This document shows positions 20,765 to 31,568 of a stretch of 64,000 nucleotides of DNA, one piece after another. Under the pieces are notes generated by a model. The model worked only from the letters and a program-made list of their open reading frames with translations. It was not told the DNA's origin and searched no databases. Origin of the DNA: a candidate division FCPU426 bacterium (lineage in GTDB: Bacteria; Oederibacteriota; Muellerivitia; Muellerivitales; Muellerivitaceae); assembly GCA_963771075.1 (NCBI GenBank), contig CAVYSE010000009.1:64001-128000 (forward strand), written 5' to 3'. How positions within the stretch are numbered: the stretch's first letter is position 1; each line of letters begins with the position of its first letter. A program made the position numbers and the translations under genes.

Positions 20765-21793
20765 TTATTCTAACAAGAAGGGTGAGTGGCTTAAAGGGGA
20801 GGCCATGGCGGTAGCGGATAAATCAGAACTTTTGCCCAGGGCAAGCTGATAGGCGCCCAGGCCCGCGATCATGGCGGCGTTATCCGAGCAATATTTCGGT
20901 GGCGGCACCCTCAAATGAACACCCCGGGAATCAGCCTCGGCTTTCAAGACCCTCCGCAAGGCCGAGTTGCAGGCGACTCCGCCCCCCACGACTAGGCTCT
21001 TGGGATGGAACTCATCCAGGAATTTCCGGACCCGATACAACACCTCTTCCAGCACGGTGTTTTGAAAACGGGCCGCCAACAAGACCTTGTCCTTATCGTC
21101 TTTCAGGGGATGGTGCTTGATCTCCAATCCCACGGCGGTTTTGAGGCCGCTAAAAGAAAAATCGAGGGTCTTATCTTTCATTCGCGAGACTGGAAATGTC
21201 ATTTTGACTTCCGGAACCTGTGCCGCCAGCTTCTCAATCATGGGACCCCCGGGATAACCTAGCCCCATCAGTTTGGCCACCTTATCGAAAGCTTCCCCGG
21301 CCGCGTCATCGCGCGTGCAGGCCAGGAGCCGGTAATCTCCCCAGGTTTCCATCAGGTAAAGTTCAGTGTGACCCCCGGAGGCCACCAGGCCCAACGCGGG
21401 GAAAGAAACGGGATCGTCGTCCAGCCGTGCCGCGTATAGATGGGCCTCGATGTGGTGGATGGCTACAAAGGGAATTTTCAAGCGGAAGGCCATGCCCTTG
21501 GCGGCTGAAACGCCCACCAGTAGGGCTCCGATCAACCCGGGCGCAGTGGTTACGGCGATTCCCCCCAGGTCGTCCCATCCTACCTGGGCCTGCCGCAGCA
21601 CTTCCCGTGCGAGAAAAGGGAGACTTTCCAAATGCTGGCGGGATGCCACCTCGGGCACCACCCCGCCATAGCGGGCATGGACCAAGGTCTGGCTGGCAAC
21701 CTCGTTGGCCAGGACCCGGTAGCCATCTTGGACAATGGCGGCCGAGGTTTCATCGCAGGAGGATTCAATTCCAAGCACTAATTGGTTCGTCAT
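20765..21793 (-). CDS. tsaD: tRNA N6-adenosine threonylcarbamoyltransferase
   Basis: LGIESSCDET, GGVVPE, HHIEAH, SGGHT, DDAAGEAFDK, FSFSGLKT and DNAAMI motifs. Confidence 0.98.
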   Translation of the reverse strand: MTNQLVLGIESSCDETSAAIVQDGYRVLANEVASQTLVHARYGGVVPEVASRQHLESLPFLAREVLRQAQVGWDDLGGIAVTTAPGLIGALLVGVSAAKGMAFRLKIPFVAIHHIEAHLYAARLDDDPVSFPALGLVASGGHTELYLMETWGDYRLLACTRDDAAGEAFDKVAKLMGLGYPGGPMIEKLAAQVPEVKMTFPVSRMKDKTLDFSFSGLKTAVGLEIKHHPLKDDKDKVLLAARFQNTVLEEVLYRVRKFLDEFHPKSLVVGGGVACNSALRRVLKAEADSRGVHLRVPPPKYCSDNAAMIAGLGAYQLALGKSSDLSATAMASPLSHSPFLLE

Positions 21794-21934
21794 TCATTAA
21801 CTCCAGGTTCTTATCGGAAACGGAACTATACACTTGCCAAAGTCCAAAAACGAACAAAAAACGGGACCCGTCAGATCTGGAAATATCCCGATTAGAGTCA
21901 AACGGCGGGGCAAAAAGCCCGAAATATAAAGCAT

Positions 21935-21963
21935 TTGGAGGATTAAAATCCATCCGCTATAAT
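21935..21963 (+). promoter_or_regulatory. Probable sigma70 promoter of the YfhO-like gene
   Basis: TTGGAG-17 nt-TATAAT. Confidence 0.5.
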
Positions 21964-22043
21964 TCGGTTCGATTTGAAAAAGGCCGACCCGTTTTTAGTC
22001 CCTTCTTCTCAAACCCCGCGCCAAAAGGTATTTCGGTGATCCC

Positions 22044-24335
22044 TTGAAACAAATATTCGAAAGAGTGGCGAATTGGTTTAACACGAATCCGATCAAGGGC
22101 GCCTTCATCATCCTTGCCGGAGCGGTCCTGATTCTTTTCGGGAAAGCCCTCTTTGACCCAGACCTGCTCTTTTCCATTCCCCAAGGAGATTTGGCGGGCC
22201 AGTTTCTCGCTTGGAGGGAATTCGGCTTTTCCGAGTTGAAGTCTGGACACCTGGTCTTTTGGAACCCTTACATCTATTGCGGCGCCCCCTATTTCTCGGG
22301 TTTCCAGTCAGCCCTCCTCTACCCCCCCAACTGGCTCTTCATGGTCATGCCGCTCATCATGGGCCTGAATTTTTCCGCGGCGCTCCACATTTTCCTGGGC
22401 GGATTCTTTTGCTTCCTTTGGCTTTCCCAGACCCGTACCTCCTTTCTTCCCAGCCTCTTTGGCGCCTTCGCTTTCATGTTCGGGGGCGCTTTCTTCCTGC
22501 ATGTTTACCCCGGTCACCTTCCCAACCTATGCACCATGGCCTGGATACCGCTCGTTTTCTTGTTTCTTGACCGGTATTTCGACTCTCTCAAGCTCAAATG
22601 GCTTTTGTCCGGCATGGGAGCCTTAGGCTTGGAGCTCCTATCGGGGCATGTCCAGTATTTTTACTACACCCTGCTTTTCAGCGGATTCTATTATTTTGTC
22701 CGTTTGCTCATGGACCGACGTCAATGGGTCGTGAAATCCATCGGGGGGTTGGCCTTGGTTCTGGGTTCCTTTCTCCTAACTGCGGTTCAAGGAATCCCCG
22801 GTGTTCAAGCGGCCATCGAGAATCCACGCCCCACGCCCGACTCCTCCGCGGCCCACCGTCTCTATTCTTTTCCGGTCGAAAACCTGTTGACCTTTTTCAC
22901 CTCCGGCTTAAACGGGAATATCTCCCATTTTAACTGCTGGTCTTTCGTCGACATCTGGTGGGAATCGTGCCTCTTCATGGGATTGACGGTTTTCCTTTTC
23001 GCCTTTTACGGCATCTTCGCCAAACCCATCAGCGGTAAATGGGCGCTGATCGCCCTGGCCGCATTCGCGCTTCTTGTCACCCTGGGCTATAACACACCCT
23101 TTTACACCATTTTTTCCAGCGTGATCCCCTTCATCAAATTGTTCAAGGGCAGTTACAAGGCGGGGGTCTTTATCCAATTGGCCTTTGGCGTCTTGGCCGC
23201 GCGGGCCCTGGATGTTTGGATCAAGGATAACCACCCTCCAGCCTGGCCCGGCTGGCTGGCCTTCGTCATGAGCTTGGTCTTTCTTTTTTCCATACCTCGC
23301 ATTGACAGCCTCACGTTCGGGCAAATCTTGGAGGTTTTCAATTCACCTCTCGACACCCAACCGGGGAATTTCGGCCTTCAACGCATGGCGGTACAAGAAA
23401 TCAATCTTTTGGGCGCCTCATCCCTGGCCATTCTCTTCGCTGGCCTTTGGATCTTTACCCAAAAACGCCCTTCCTACCGGCCAGCCCTGGCCTTTTTGGG
23501 CATCGCGAACCTTTTCTTTTTCGCCCTTTCCGTCCTTCCCTTTTTCGATTCCAAGGTCCTGGTCAGCGACGGGACTTTGCTGGCTAAAAACGTCTCCCCC
23601 ATGGCGGGGGAAAACCGGATTTATTGGTATAACCAAGCCGACCGCGCTTTATTTTCCCGGTTAAAAAACGTCATTGGGGACGACCCTTCCCTTCCCCAAA
23701 GATATGCGCGCCTCATCAACATCCAGGACAATCGTTTCGATTATTCACGCTTCGTCGTTGATTTTTCCGAGCCCAAGCCCAAATTGATCCGGATGGCCAT
23801 CAGTATCGACCAAGTCGAAACCGGGTATAAGATCAACCGGGTTCCAGGCCCCCAGTTGGCCAGGGCAGCGTTATACGATGATTGGGAACTCGCTCCCTCT
23901 CCCGAGGCGGCTTTGATCCGGGCTCTCGCTCCCGATTTTGATATGTTCCATAAGGTCGTCCTGGAAAGTGCCCCCCATCCGCTCCCCGTCAAGGGGAAGG
24001 ACAGCGGTCAGGTGGTCGTGACGGATGTGAATTCGGATATTTTGGAAATCAAGGCGGTGACGGACCGGCCCCAAATACTGTTGGTGACCGAGAACTACGC
24101 GAATGGTTGGCAGGTGAAGCCATTTCCGGATAGCGTCCAACAAAACTACGAAATCCTTCCCGGGGACTCGATCCATCGGGCCATCCCACTCTTGGCGGGA
24201 ACACACCACTTTTATCTTCAATACAAAGCGCCGGGATTTGAAACGGGACTTTGGATCTCGGTGGTCTCCCTGCTCGCCTATGGTTTGACTTGGGTCTGGG
24301 TCTTGCGCCGTAGAGAAAGAATCGAGGCGGTCTAG
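22044..24335 (+). CDS. YfhO-like polytopic membrane protein (probable GT-C glycosyltransferase), paralog 1
   Basis: N-terminal D..QF..W....G...WNPY..CG.P......LLYPPNW, many TM helices, C-terminal ENYANGW...RAIPL.AG.H...L.Y domain and final TM. Confidence 0.8.
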   Translation: MKQIFERVANWFNTNPIKGAFIILAGAVLILFGKALFDPDLLFSIPQGDLAGQFLAWREFGFSELKSGHLVFWNPYIYCGAPYFSGFQSALLYPPNWLFMVMPLIMGLNFSAALHIFLGGFFCFLWLSQTRTSFLPSLFGAFAFMFGGAFFLHVYPGHLPNLCTMAWIPLVFLFLDRYFDSLKLKWLLSGMGALGLELLSGHVQYFYYTLLFSGFYYFVRLLMDRRQWVVKSIGGLALVLGSFLLTAVQGIPGVQAAIENPRPTPDSSAAHRLYSFPVENLLTFFTSGLNGNISHFNCWSFVDIWWESCLFMGLTVFLFAFYGIFAKPISGKWALIALAAFALLVTLGYNTPFYTIFSSVIPFIKLFKGSYKAGVFIQLAFGVLAARALDVWIKDNHPPAWPGWLAFVMSLVFLFSIPRIDSLTFGQILEVFNSPLDTQPGNFGLQRMAVQEINLLGASSLAILFAGLWIFTQKRPSYRPALAFLGIANLFFFALSVLPFFDSKVLVSDGTLLAKNVSPMAGENRIYWYNQADRALFSRLKNVIGDDPSLPQRYARLINIQDNRFDYSRFVVDFSEPKPKLIRMAISIDQVETGYKINRVPGPQLARAALYDDWELAPSPEAALIRALAPDFDMFHKVVLESAPHPLPVKGKDSGQVVVTDVNSDILEIKAVTDRPQILLVTENYANGWQVKPFPDSVQQNYEILPGDSIHRAIPLLAGTHHFYLQYKAPGFETGLWISVVSLLAYGLTWVWVLRRRERIEAV

Positions 24336-24372
24336 GCGCATTCTGGATTTTATACAAAATCCGTTTTAATTA

Positions 24373-25512
24373 TTATTGGCCAACCACTTCCGAAAGATAA
24401 ACCAATTGAACACCCTGTTGCTGGATCTTGGGGAGGGCCTGGAGAAGGGTTTCCAGGGTCACCGCCTTGAAATGGCCGATGGCCACGGCGGTTCCCTGCT
24501 TCTTGGCGATGGCCAGGGCCCGGTCCAACTGTTTCAAAATGGCATGCGCCTGTACCTTGTCGTCCAAAAAAACATCCCGTTTGGCGTGGGGCAACCCGAG
24601 ACGCTCGGCTTCCGCCTCGGCAACCGTCTTGGGCGAGGTCCGGGAATCGAGGAAGAAGAGCCCCCTCTTCCCCAAAAATGCGCAAACCTCATCCATGAGG
24701 GCTTTGTTCTCGCTCGCCAAACTCCCCATATGGTTGTTCATGCCCACCGCGCCAGGCAAAACCTCAAACGCCGCCTCCAGGTTTTGTCCGACCTTATCCG
24801 ATGACATGCCCCTTTTCAGGTATTCAGGGTAGGCGTTCTTGGGGAATTTTTCATGGCCTTCCATGGGCATATGGCAGATGACTTCCACCCCGTGGCCCGG
24901 GGCCTCCTCCGCCAGCTGCTTGCCGAATTCGGTGGAGGGGATCAGGGCCAGGGTCACCGGAACCTTGAAGGCGTAGAGGTTTTCCAAAGCCTGACCTTTT
25001 TGGTAACCCCCGTCGTCGATGACCAGACTGAGGCGGGGCTTGTGGGTTTGGAGGAAGGTGATGGTAATGGGGGTCCATTGGCCGTCATAAGCGAAAACAT
25101 AACTGTAAAAGGTGGCTTGCCGCTGGGTGTCCTCGCCCGTCGTGGAATGGCCCTCGACCGCCCCGGCTGTTTCGGCGGCCTGCCGCAATTGGTCCGCCAA
25201 CTGTTCGGGGGTGTAGCGACGGGGCAGGCGGAAGATTTCTTGGTAGACCGGCAGGGTCAAGTCCCCCAGGGTGAAATCCTTTTGGAGGATATCCCCTTCC
25301 CGCATTCTCAGAATCCCCAACTGGCGGAGCTTTTGCTCCAGGGCCGTGCGGAGATTTTCGGCGTCCTGCGGGCTGTGCCGGACGGACGGGGCTGGAACCG
25401 TCTTGGGGGGCTTCTCATGGCCCGACCGGAGGATCGAATAGACCACGACGCCTGCCAATCCCAGCCCCAGGATCAACAGCGGGAGGATTATGAGCAGGAA
25501 CCTTTTATTCAT
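24373..25512 (-). CDS. Divergent polysaccharide deacetylase (YibQ-like)
   Basis: LVIDDGGY, HMPME, GMNNHMGS, FLDSRT, RDVFLD and AIGH motifs. Typical position after ctpA. Confidence 0.92.
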   Translation of the reverse strand: MNKRFLLIILPLLILGLGLAGVVVYSILRSGHEKPPKTVPAPSVRHSPQDAENLRTALEQKLRQLGILRMREGDILQKDFTLGDLTLPVYQEIFRLPRRYTPEQLADQLRQAAETAGAVEGHSTTGEDTQRQATFYSYVFAYDGQWTPITITFLQTHKPRLSLVIDDGGYQKGQALENLYAFKVPVTLALIPSTEFGKQLAEEAPGHGVEVICHMPMEGHEKFPKNAYPEYLKRGMSSDKVGQNLEAAFEVLPGAVGMNNHMGSLASENKALMDEVCAFLGKRGLFFLDSRTSPKTVAEAEAERLGLPHAKRDVFLDDKVQAHAILKQLDRALAIAKKQGTAVAIGHFKAVTLETLLQALPKIQQQGVQLVYLSEVVGQ

Positions 25513-25537
25513 AGCCGCGAACCCCGCTTGAAAAGAA

Positions 25538-27096
25538 CTATTCGTTTTCCTTCAATTTATTGCGTTCTTCCTCGAGCTTTTTCTCGCCCGCCTTCTCGTC
25601 CGGCTCGGCCTTCTTGGGGTATTTGGCGTAAAGGGCCTTGCTGATTTTTCCCCCGTTATGAATGATGTCGACCGCCACCGCGACCTGATTGTCGGCCAGC
25701 ACGGCTTCTTCGCGCGCTTCCTTCTCGCCCAGCTTGGCCCGCACCAGCTCCACCCGCAGGCTGGTCTTCAGGTATTGCTCGTCCTTCTTCAGCTCTTCCT
25801 TGTCGATTTTTTTGCCGGTTTTGACGCAATAGTCGTAAAACCCATCCATGGTCTCCGGGGAAATCGGCATCCCGGCGCGAAACATCCAGTCCTCCTATTG
25901 ATCAGATATCTTGGCGTACTTTTCAGCCAACTGCTGGCTGTAAACCTTGATGGTGGATTCGGTGGCGTCGTGGTCCTTCAGGTTCAGGTCCGGATCGATG
26001 CCGATGCCGTGGATACAGACACCCGAGGGGGTGTAGTACTTGGCCATGGTCAACCGAAGGGCCGCCCCATCGCTGTTGTCCAGGGGCAGGATGGTCTGCA
26101 CGGAGCCCTTACCGAAACTCTTGGAGCCGATGAGGACCGCCCTTTTCCAGTCCTTCAGGGCCCCCGCGACGATCTCCGCGCCCGAGGCGCTTCCCTCGTT
26201 GATCATGGCCACCACCGGCAGAAGCTTGAGCTGAATTTTTCGTCATCTTGCGACTTGAAGAGCTGGTTCTGGTTCTCGCTGCGTCCCTTGGTGGACACGA
26301 TGGTGTCCCCCGGGTGACCGAAATAATTGGAGACGCCGACCGCCTCGTTCAGGAGCCCCCCCGGATCGTTGCGCAGGTCGACGATCAAACCCTTGAGGGG
26401 CTTTTGTTTCTCCAAATTCTTGACCGCGCTCACGAAATCGTCGGTGGTGTTGTCGATAAACTCCGAGATTCGGACGTACCCGATGCAGTCGGGCAGGAGG
26501 TAGGAATGGATGCTCTCGATCTTGATGGCGTCCCGCACCAACGTCACGTCAAAGGGCTCGTTGAGGCCCTGCCGCAATATGGAGATGGTGACTTTGGTTC
26601 CGATTTGGCCCCGCAGGCGCTTGACCGCGTCGTTGATTCCCATCATGTCGGTTTTCTCATCGCCGATCTTGACGATCTTATCCCCAGCCTTGATGCCGGC
26701 CCGGTCCGCGGGGGTTCCCTCGATGGGGGAAATAACAGTCAGGTGCTCATCCTTGATGGCGATCTCGATCCCCAACCCGCCGAAGGAGCCCGAGGTTTCA
26801 GTCTGCATTTCCTTGTAATCCTCGGGGGGCATAAACTGGCTGAAGGGGTCCAGGGTGTTGACCATGCCTTGAATGGCCCCGTAGATGAGGTCCTTGGGGT
26901 TGGTCTTGTCCTCGTCCACGTACTTCTGGCGGATGATGGTCAGGGCGTCCACGAATGGGTTGAGGTACTTATAAACATCCTCCGAAGTCCCGGCGTTCTT
27001 GGGGGCCGATTGGGTCAGGGTCCCCGCGGCGAAGCTAACCCCGGACAAAAGAATAATCAGGGCGGCGACGGTGTAAAGGCTGGGGCGACGGTTCAT
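25538..27096 (-). CDS. ctpA: Carboxyl-terminal processing protease (S41, PDZ); frameshift near 26230 and in-frame TAG at 25895-25897
   Basis: [21 protein letters not shown], then in another frame [24 protein letters not shown] and GIDPD. C-terminal [11 protein letters not shown] motif lies in the last fragment. Confidence 0.88.
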
Positions 27097-27201
27097 GCAT
27101 ATCCTCCAAAGAAATAGTACAAAACTCAGTTGAGGCTCGAATTGACCAACACAGGGTTTCCCGGATAAGAATCATCCCCTCTCCCCGGAGGAAGGTTCGC
27201 C

Positions 27202-28554
27202 TTAATGCTGGTGTGTCAGCCAGCGCACCGGGTCCTCGGGTAAGCCGTCATGGCGAATCTCGAAATAAAGACTGGTTCCCCATTGGTCGGCGTAAAGCGA
27301 GCCGGTGTCCCCCACGGTACCCTAAGATCTGTCCCTGGGCTACCTCCGTTCCCTCGGCCACACTGAGTTCGGCGGCCTGGGCGTAGAGGGAATAATAACC
27401 TTTGCCATGGTCTAAAATCACCAGTTTTCCATAACCTTTGAACCAATCGGCATACCGGACCAACCCCTTCGCCACCGCCCGAATTGGCGTCCCCGCGGGG
27501 CGGCAATCTGGATGCCGGTATTATCGACCATTTCATTGAATTCCTTGTTCTTGCTTCTCCCAAAGTTCAACATGATCTTACCTGAGACGGGCCAGGGGAT
27601 CTTTCCCCGGACCACTTTCAACCCCGCGCCTTCGGCGGTTTGACCGGCAGGCGACGAATTCTTCGCGGTCTTCGCCTCGGCTTTTGCTTCCGCCGCCTGC
27701 TGGCTGGCGATCTTGGCTTGGCTTATCAGGCTCGAGAATTTTTGCTGGAGTTCACCTGCCGCCTCGTTGAGCTCGGAAAGCAGCTGTTCCTGGTTCTCCT
27801 TTTGACGCTTCAAGGAGGCCAAAAACACCGAGCGGTTCCTTTTTTTCTGGCCCAGCTCTTTTTCCTGGCGTCCCAGGCTGCCCAGGAGTTTTTCCTTGCG
27901 CCTGCCCTCCGCAACCCACTCGGTGGAAGCCGTCTCCAAATCCGTTTCGCTCTCCAATGTGCCTTCCATCAGCTTCTCGTTGCTTTGGGCCAAAAGGGTC
28001 TCGAACTTGAGCTTGCGGGCCAGGTCGGCGGGGTTTTCGCTGGAAAGCAGCCCCCCCAGCAGGGGTTGGCGGAAGGACATGCGGTAAAGGGCGCGGAGCC
28101 GCTGTTGGAGGAGAGTCCGGTCCTGCTCCAGGAGCAGGCGGTTTTGCATCATGGTGGACTGGAGCCGGTCCAGACGGTCCCGGGTTTCGTCCAGCTCTTC
28201 CTGGTTGGCTTCCTTTTCCCGGCGCAATTTACCCAGGGCCTGGTCCACCTGCTGAAGGTGGGAGAGGACGTTTTTTTCCCTGGCCTCGGTGAGCTTCTTG
28301 ATCTTTTTCTGCTGCTCAATTTTCTTCTTGATCGCGGCAAGGTTTTTCTTGTTCTGGTGGATGTCATGCTTGATGGCCGTCAAATCAACGGGGGTGGCGG
28401 AAGGGCTGCCAGCGGGCGCCACCGTGTCCTGTGCGAAGGCGGGATTGGCGGCCTCAAAAAGGAGAGGTAGAAGAATCCCTATACCAAGGTTAAAAAAACA
28501 TTTCGTGATTATGGAAAATGCCTCTTTCAGGTTGTTTCTGTATCGACGGGCCAT
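27202..28554 (-). CDS. envC: Murein hydrolase activator EnvC (coiled coil + degenerate M23); two compensating frameshifts near 27497 and 27322
   Basis: Long coiled coil, WPVSG, reconstructed ...GYGKLVILDHG..YYSLYAQ...VGDTG...SLYFEIR...DPVRWL with stop at 27202. Lacks M23 Zn ligands as in EnvC. Follows ftsEX. Confidence 0.88.
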
Positions 28555-28624
28555 TGGCTTTTAAAACCTTTATCGATTACTGATTTTCTCCGTGTTTCTG
28601 TGGTAAATGCCTTTAGAGATATGC

Positions 28625-29527
28625 TTACCTCAGATCGCCAGCCCATTCTTTGCGTACCGCCCAAAGGGACCCGGCAAAGCCAAGCATTGCCCCCAACAAA
28701 ACAAGGGTTAAGTAAAGACTTCCCCAATCCATGCCGGGCAGGTTGATGAACATTTCCATTCCCCCGGACTTGGGCAAGAACCATCCCAGGGCCAATTTAA
28801 GCGACTCCAAGACCAACATTCCCAAACCCGCCCCCAATAATCCCTTCACCAGGCCCTCCCAAAGGTAAGGGCCCCACCGCATCCAGGAGGGAGCGCCCAG
28901 GCGGGAAAGCAAAACCCATTCCTCCCGTCGTGCCCAGAGGGCCAGCGTCAGGGCATTGGAAACGATAAAAAGGGCCGTCAAAAAGACGAAAGCGCCCAGG
29001 AACCAGCCTACCCAACGGGCCAAGCGGCTCAGGTTTGAAACCGCCTCCCATTCTCCCTTGCCATAATCGACCTCTTCCACCGCCGGGTCTTTTTTCATGG
29101 CTTCCACCAGGTCGTCGATCTTTTCCGATACGTCCTTTTTCAGGACCACGCTCAGGGAATCGGTCAGGGGATTCTCCCCCAGTGCCTGGACCATGCGGTC
29201 CACATCCGGATCCTTGCGGAAATCTTTCAGGGCCTCATCCTTGCCCACCACCCGTACCGAGGCCACGCGGGGGTCAGCGGACAGGCGTTCCTGTAGCCTT
29301 TGAAGGTCGGAGGGTACCGCGCCGGGGGTCAGGAATATCGCCATCTCGAATTTCTGGCGGGCAGAAAGGAGAGCGTTATCCAAAACCTTGGAAATTCCCA
29401 GGAACAGGGAGACCTGAACCAGGGCGGCCGCCACGATGACCACCACCGCGGTGGAAAGCCCGGGAAAGCGGAATAACTGCGACAGGCCTTCTTTGAGTAC
29501 ATAAACCAGTTTTTGCCAGGAATTCAT
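28625..29527 (-). CDS. ftsX: Cell division permease-like protein FtsX
   Basis: Four TM segments, periplasmic NPLTDS, IVSNALTL..ARREE..L.RLGA motif. Confidence 0.9.
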   Translation of the reverse strand: MNSWQKLVYVLKEGLSQLFRFPGLSTAVVVIVAAALVQVSLFLGISKVLDNALLSARQKFEMAIFLTPGAVPSDLQRLQERLSADPRVASVRVVGKDEALKDFRKDPDVDRMVQALGENPLTDSLSVVLKKDVSEKIDDLVEAMKKDPAVEEVDYGKGEWEAVSNLSRLARWVGWFLGAFVFLTALFIVSNALTLALWARREEWVLLSRLGAPSWMRWGPYLWEGLVKGLLGAGLGMLVLESLKLALGWFLPKSGGMEMFINLPGMDWGSLYLTLVLLGAMLGFAGSLWAVRKEWAGDLR

Positions 29528-30219
29528 GGGGTTGGCACCTCAACAGGGGATATCCTGCCTTCCGCCAGTCGATACCATTGAATGATGCCCTTTAAGGCTG
29601 GTATGGATTGCTCGACCTCCGGAAAGGCCTGTTTGGAGGTCAATACGAGTGTCGCACCGGTCTTGCGTAATTCCCCGAGTAGCTTTAATAGAACGAGCGC
29701 CGTAGCCGAATCCAACCCCTGTAGGGGTTCATCCGCCAGGAACAATTTTGGCCGGAAGATCATCGCGCGAAGCGATAGCACCATCTTTTGCTGGGCCGAA
29801 GAAAGGTCCGTCGGTTTTGCCTCCATCTTTTCGCCGAGGCCCGCATTCTCCAACAGTTTGCGAATGGAATCCCTCTGCCCTTCGGGGTGGATACCCTTCA
29901 CTTGAAGGGTGAAAAGGATGTTTTGCTCGACCGTCTTGTCGGAAAAAAGGTGCAGGTCGGGAAAAGCCATACCGACCTCATTCAGCCAGTCTTTTTTTTC
30001 TTTGGGTGTAAGACCATAGGGATCGCCGGGGCCCACCCGCAAGACGCCTGAGGTTGGCTTCTCTTCCCCGCCCAGCATCTTGAGAAAGGTGCTTTTACCG
30101 CTGTTGTTCTCGCCAAGTATCACGTTGAAGGACGCTTCCGGAAATGAAAAGAAGGCGTCGTCGAGGACCTTGACGCCCGAAGGATGGACCTTGGTAAGGT
30201 GAAAAGCTTGGATCATCAT
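29524..30219 (-). CDS. ftsE: FtsE-like ABC ATPase subunit with degenerate motifs
   Basis: Walker A GENNSGKST, Walker B LADEP, KTVEQNI. ATGA-coupled to ftsX. Confidence 0.8.
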   Translation of the reverse strand: MMIQAFHLTKVHPSGVKVLDDAFFSFPEASFNVILGENNSGKSTFLKMLGGEEKPTSGVLRVGPGDPYGLTPKEKKDWLNEVGMAFPDLHLFSDKTVEQNILFTLQVKGIHPEGQRDSIRKLLENAGLGEKMEAKPTDLSSAQQKMVLSLRAMIFRPKLFLADEPLQGLDSATALVLLKLLGELRKTGATLVLTSKQAFPEVEQSIPALKGIIQWYRLAEGRISPVEVPTP

Positions 30220-30453
30220 AATTAGCTTTAAGTTAAGGCAGGAGTGCCGGGCAAGCAAGGAAAAATCCGGTCAAAAGGCTTTTCACCAAAAAGGTCACAT
30301 GCCGCAATTCCATTAAGCTTTCAAAGCATGCGGTATAGTCTCGATTTCTTTGGCCTCCCGACCCAAAGGCGACCAAGGACACTAAGTGGAAAGTTAATTT
30401 GCGAAACACGCAGATTTAACTTCGTATTCATTATGTGTTTCGTGGCAAGAGCT

Positions 30454-31380
30454 TTATTTTTTGGTTTCCTGTAAATCTTCCGGTTTGACGGGTTCGGTAT
30501 GCACGAAGACTTCCTGCACCCCTAAACGTGATTCCTTCACCACCGCGATCACCCGATGGGTCAATGCATGGGACTCAGAAATCGTCATGGTAGGGCTCAC
30601 CTGAATGTGCAGGTCCACATGGATATGACCGGGCATACCGTGGCTTCGTACCTTATGGCAAGCCAGTATGCCGGGAACGGACCGAACGACCTCTTTGACC
30701 TGTTCCGGGTCCAACATTACCCGGTCGGAAAGGACACTCAAGGATTGGTTGACGATCCTCATGGCCGCCCCGGCCACTATGACTACAACGATCAGGGAGG
30801 CAAGCCAATCCACCCAACCCAATCCAAAATGGGCCCCCGCCAAGGCCATAAACACTGCCGCGGCGGAGAGGGTGTCGCTACCAGTATGGGCGCTGTCGGC
30901 GGAAAGAAGCGAACTGCCCAGTTGTTTGGCGTTCTTACCCTCGAACCATGATATCCAGGCGCTGATAAGCATGGCGGCCGCCATCACGGCGAAGGAAAGA
31001 ATATTCGGGTCTGGGGCGGGGGCATGGGAAAAAAACCGTCCCAGTACCCTTTCCAAAATTTCCACGCAGGCCACCCCCATCAGGATGGCGATCACGAGCG
31101 AGGCGACGACCTCGAATTTCTGATGGCCGTAGGGGTGGTCCTCATCGGCCGGTTTGGAAGCGATCGAAACGCTCACCAACCCCACGACGTTGGCCGCGGC
31201 GTCCAAGAGCGAATGAACCCCATCCGCGACCATTGACAGGGAGTTCACGACCATACCCACCACGATCTTCCCAAAAGAGACCAAAAGGTTGGAGAGCAAA
31301 GTGAGGCTTAAAACTTGAAAAACTTTCCGATATTTATTCAAGGTTGTGGCCGATGGGGAGGTTTGATCCATTGGGTTCAT
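30454..31380 (-). CDS. Cation diffusion facilitator (FieF-like) metal efflux transporter
   Basis: ADGVHSLLD, KPADEDHPYGHQKFE, ADSAHTGSD, VDLHI and VFVHTEP motifs. Confidence 0.93.
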   Translation of the reverse strand: MNPMDQTSPSATTLNKYRKVFQVLSLTLLSNLLVSFGKIVVGMVVNSLSMVADGVHSLLDAAANVVGLVSVSIASKPADEDHPYGHQKFEVVASLVIAILMGVACVEILERVLGRFFSHAPAPDPNILSFAVMAAAMLISAWISWFEGKNAKQLGSSLLSADSAHTGSDTLSAAAVFMALAGAHFGLGWVDWLASLIVVVIVAGAAMRIVNQSLSVLSDRVMLDPEQVKEVVRSVPGILACHKVRSHGMPGHIHVDLHIQVSPTMTISESHALTHRVIAVVKESRLGVQEVFVHTEPVKPEDLQETKK

Positions 31381-31427
31381 TCTAACGGCCTGCCTAGTTG
31401 CCTGAGTTCAAAAACTTCAATCATTGT

Positions 31428-31544
31428 CGTTAAGACGCCAAGACGCTAAGAAAAGCGAAACCTTTGATTTTAAATGATCAAATCCGTCGAAATTGATTTC
31501 GACTCTCACCTAAAAAAAGCGTTCTTGGCGGTCTTCGCGGTAAA
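31428..31544. repeat. Degenerate 9-mer-periodic inverted-repeat element
   Basis: CGTTAAGACGCCAAGACGCTAAGAAAA ... TTCTTGGCGGTCTTCGCGGTAAA. Confidence 0.65.
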
Positions 31545-31568
31545 CCTTTTGAAGTTTATGTTTTATCT

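Noticed and set aside
27202..27620. Loss of Zn ligands in the envC M23 domain as a novelty
   Set aside because: A catalytically degenerate LytM domain is the established property of EnvC.
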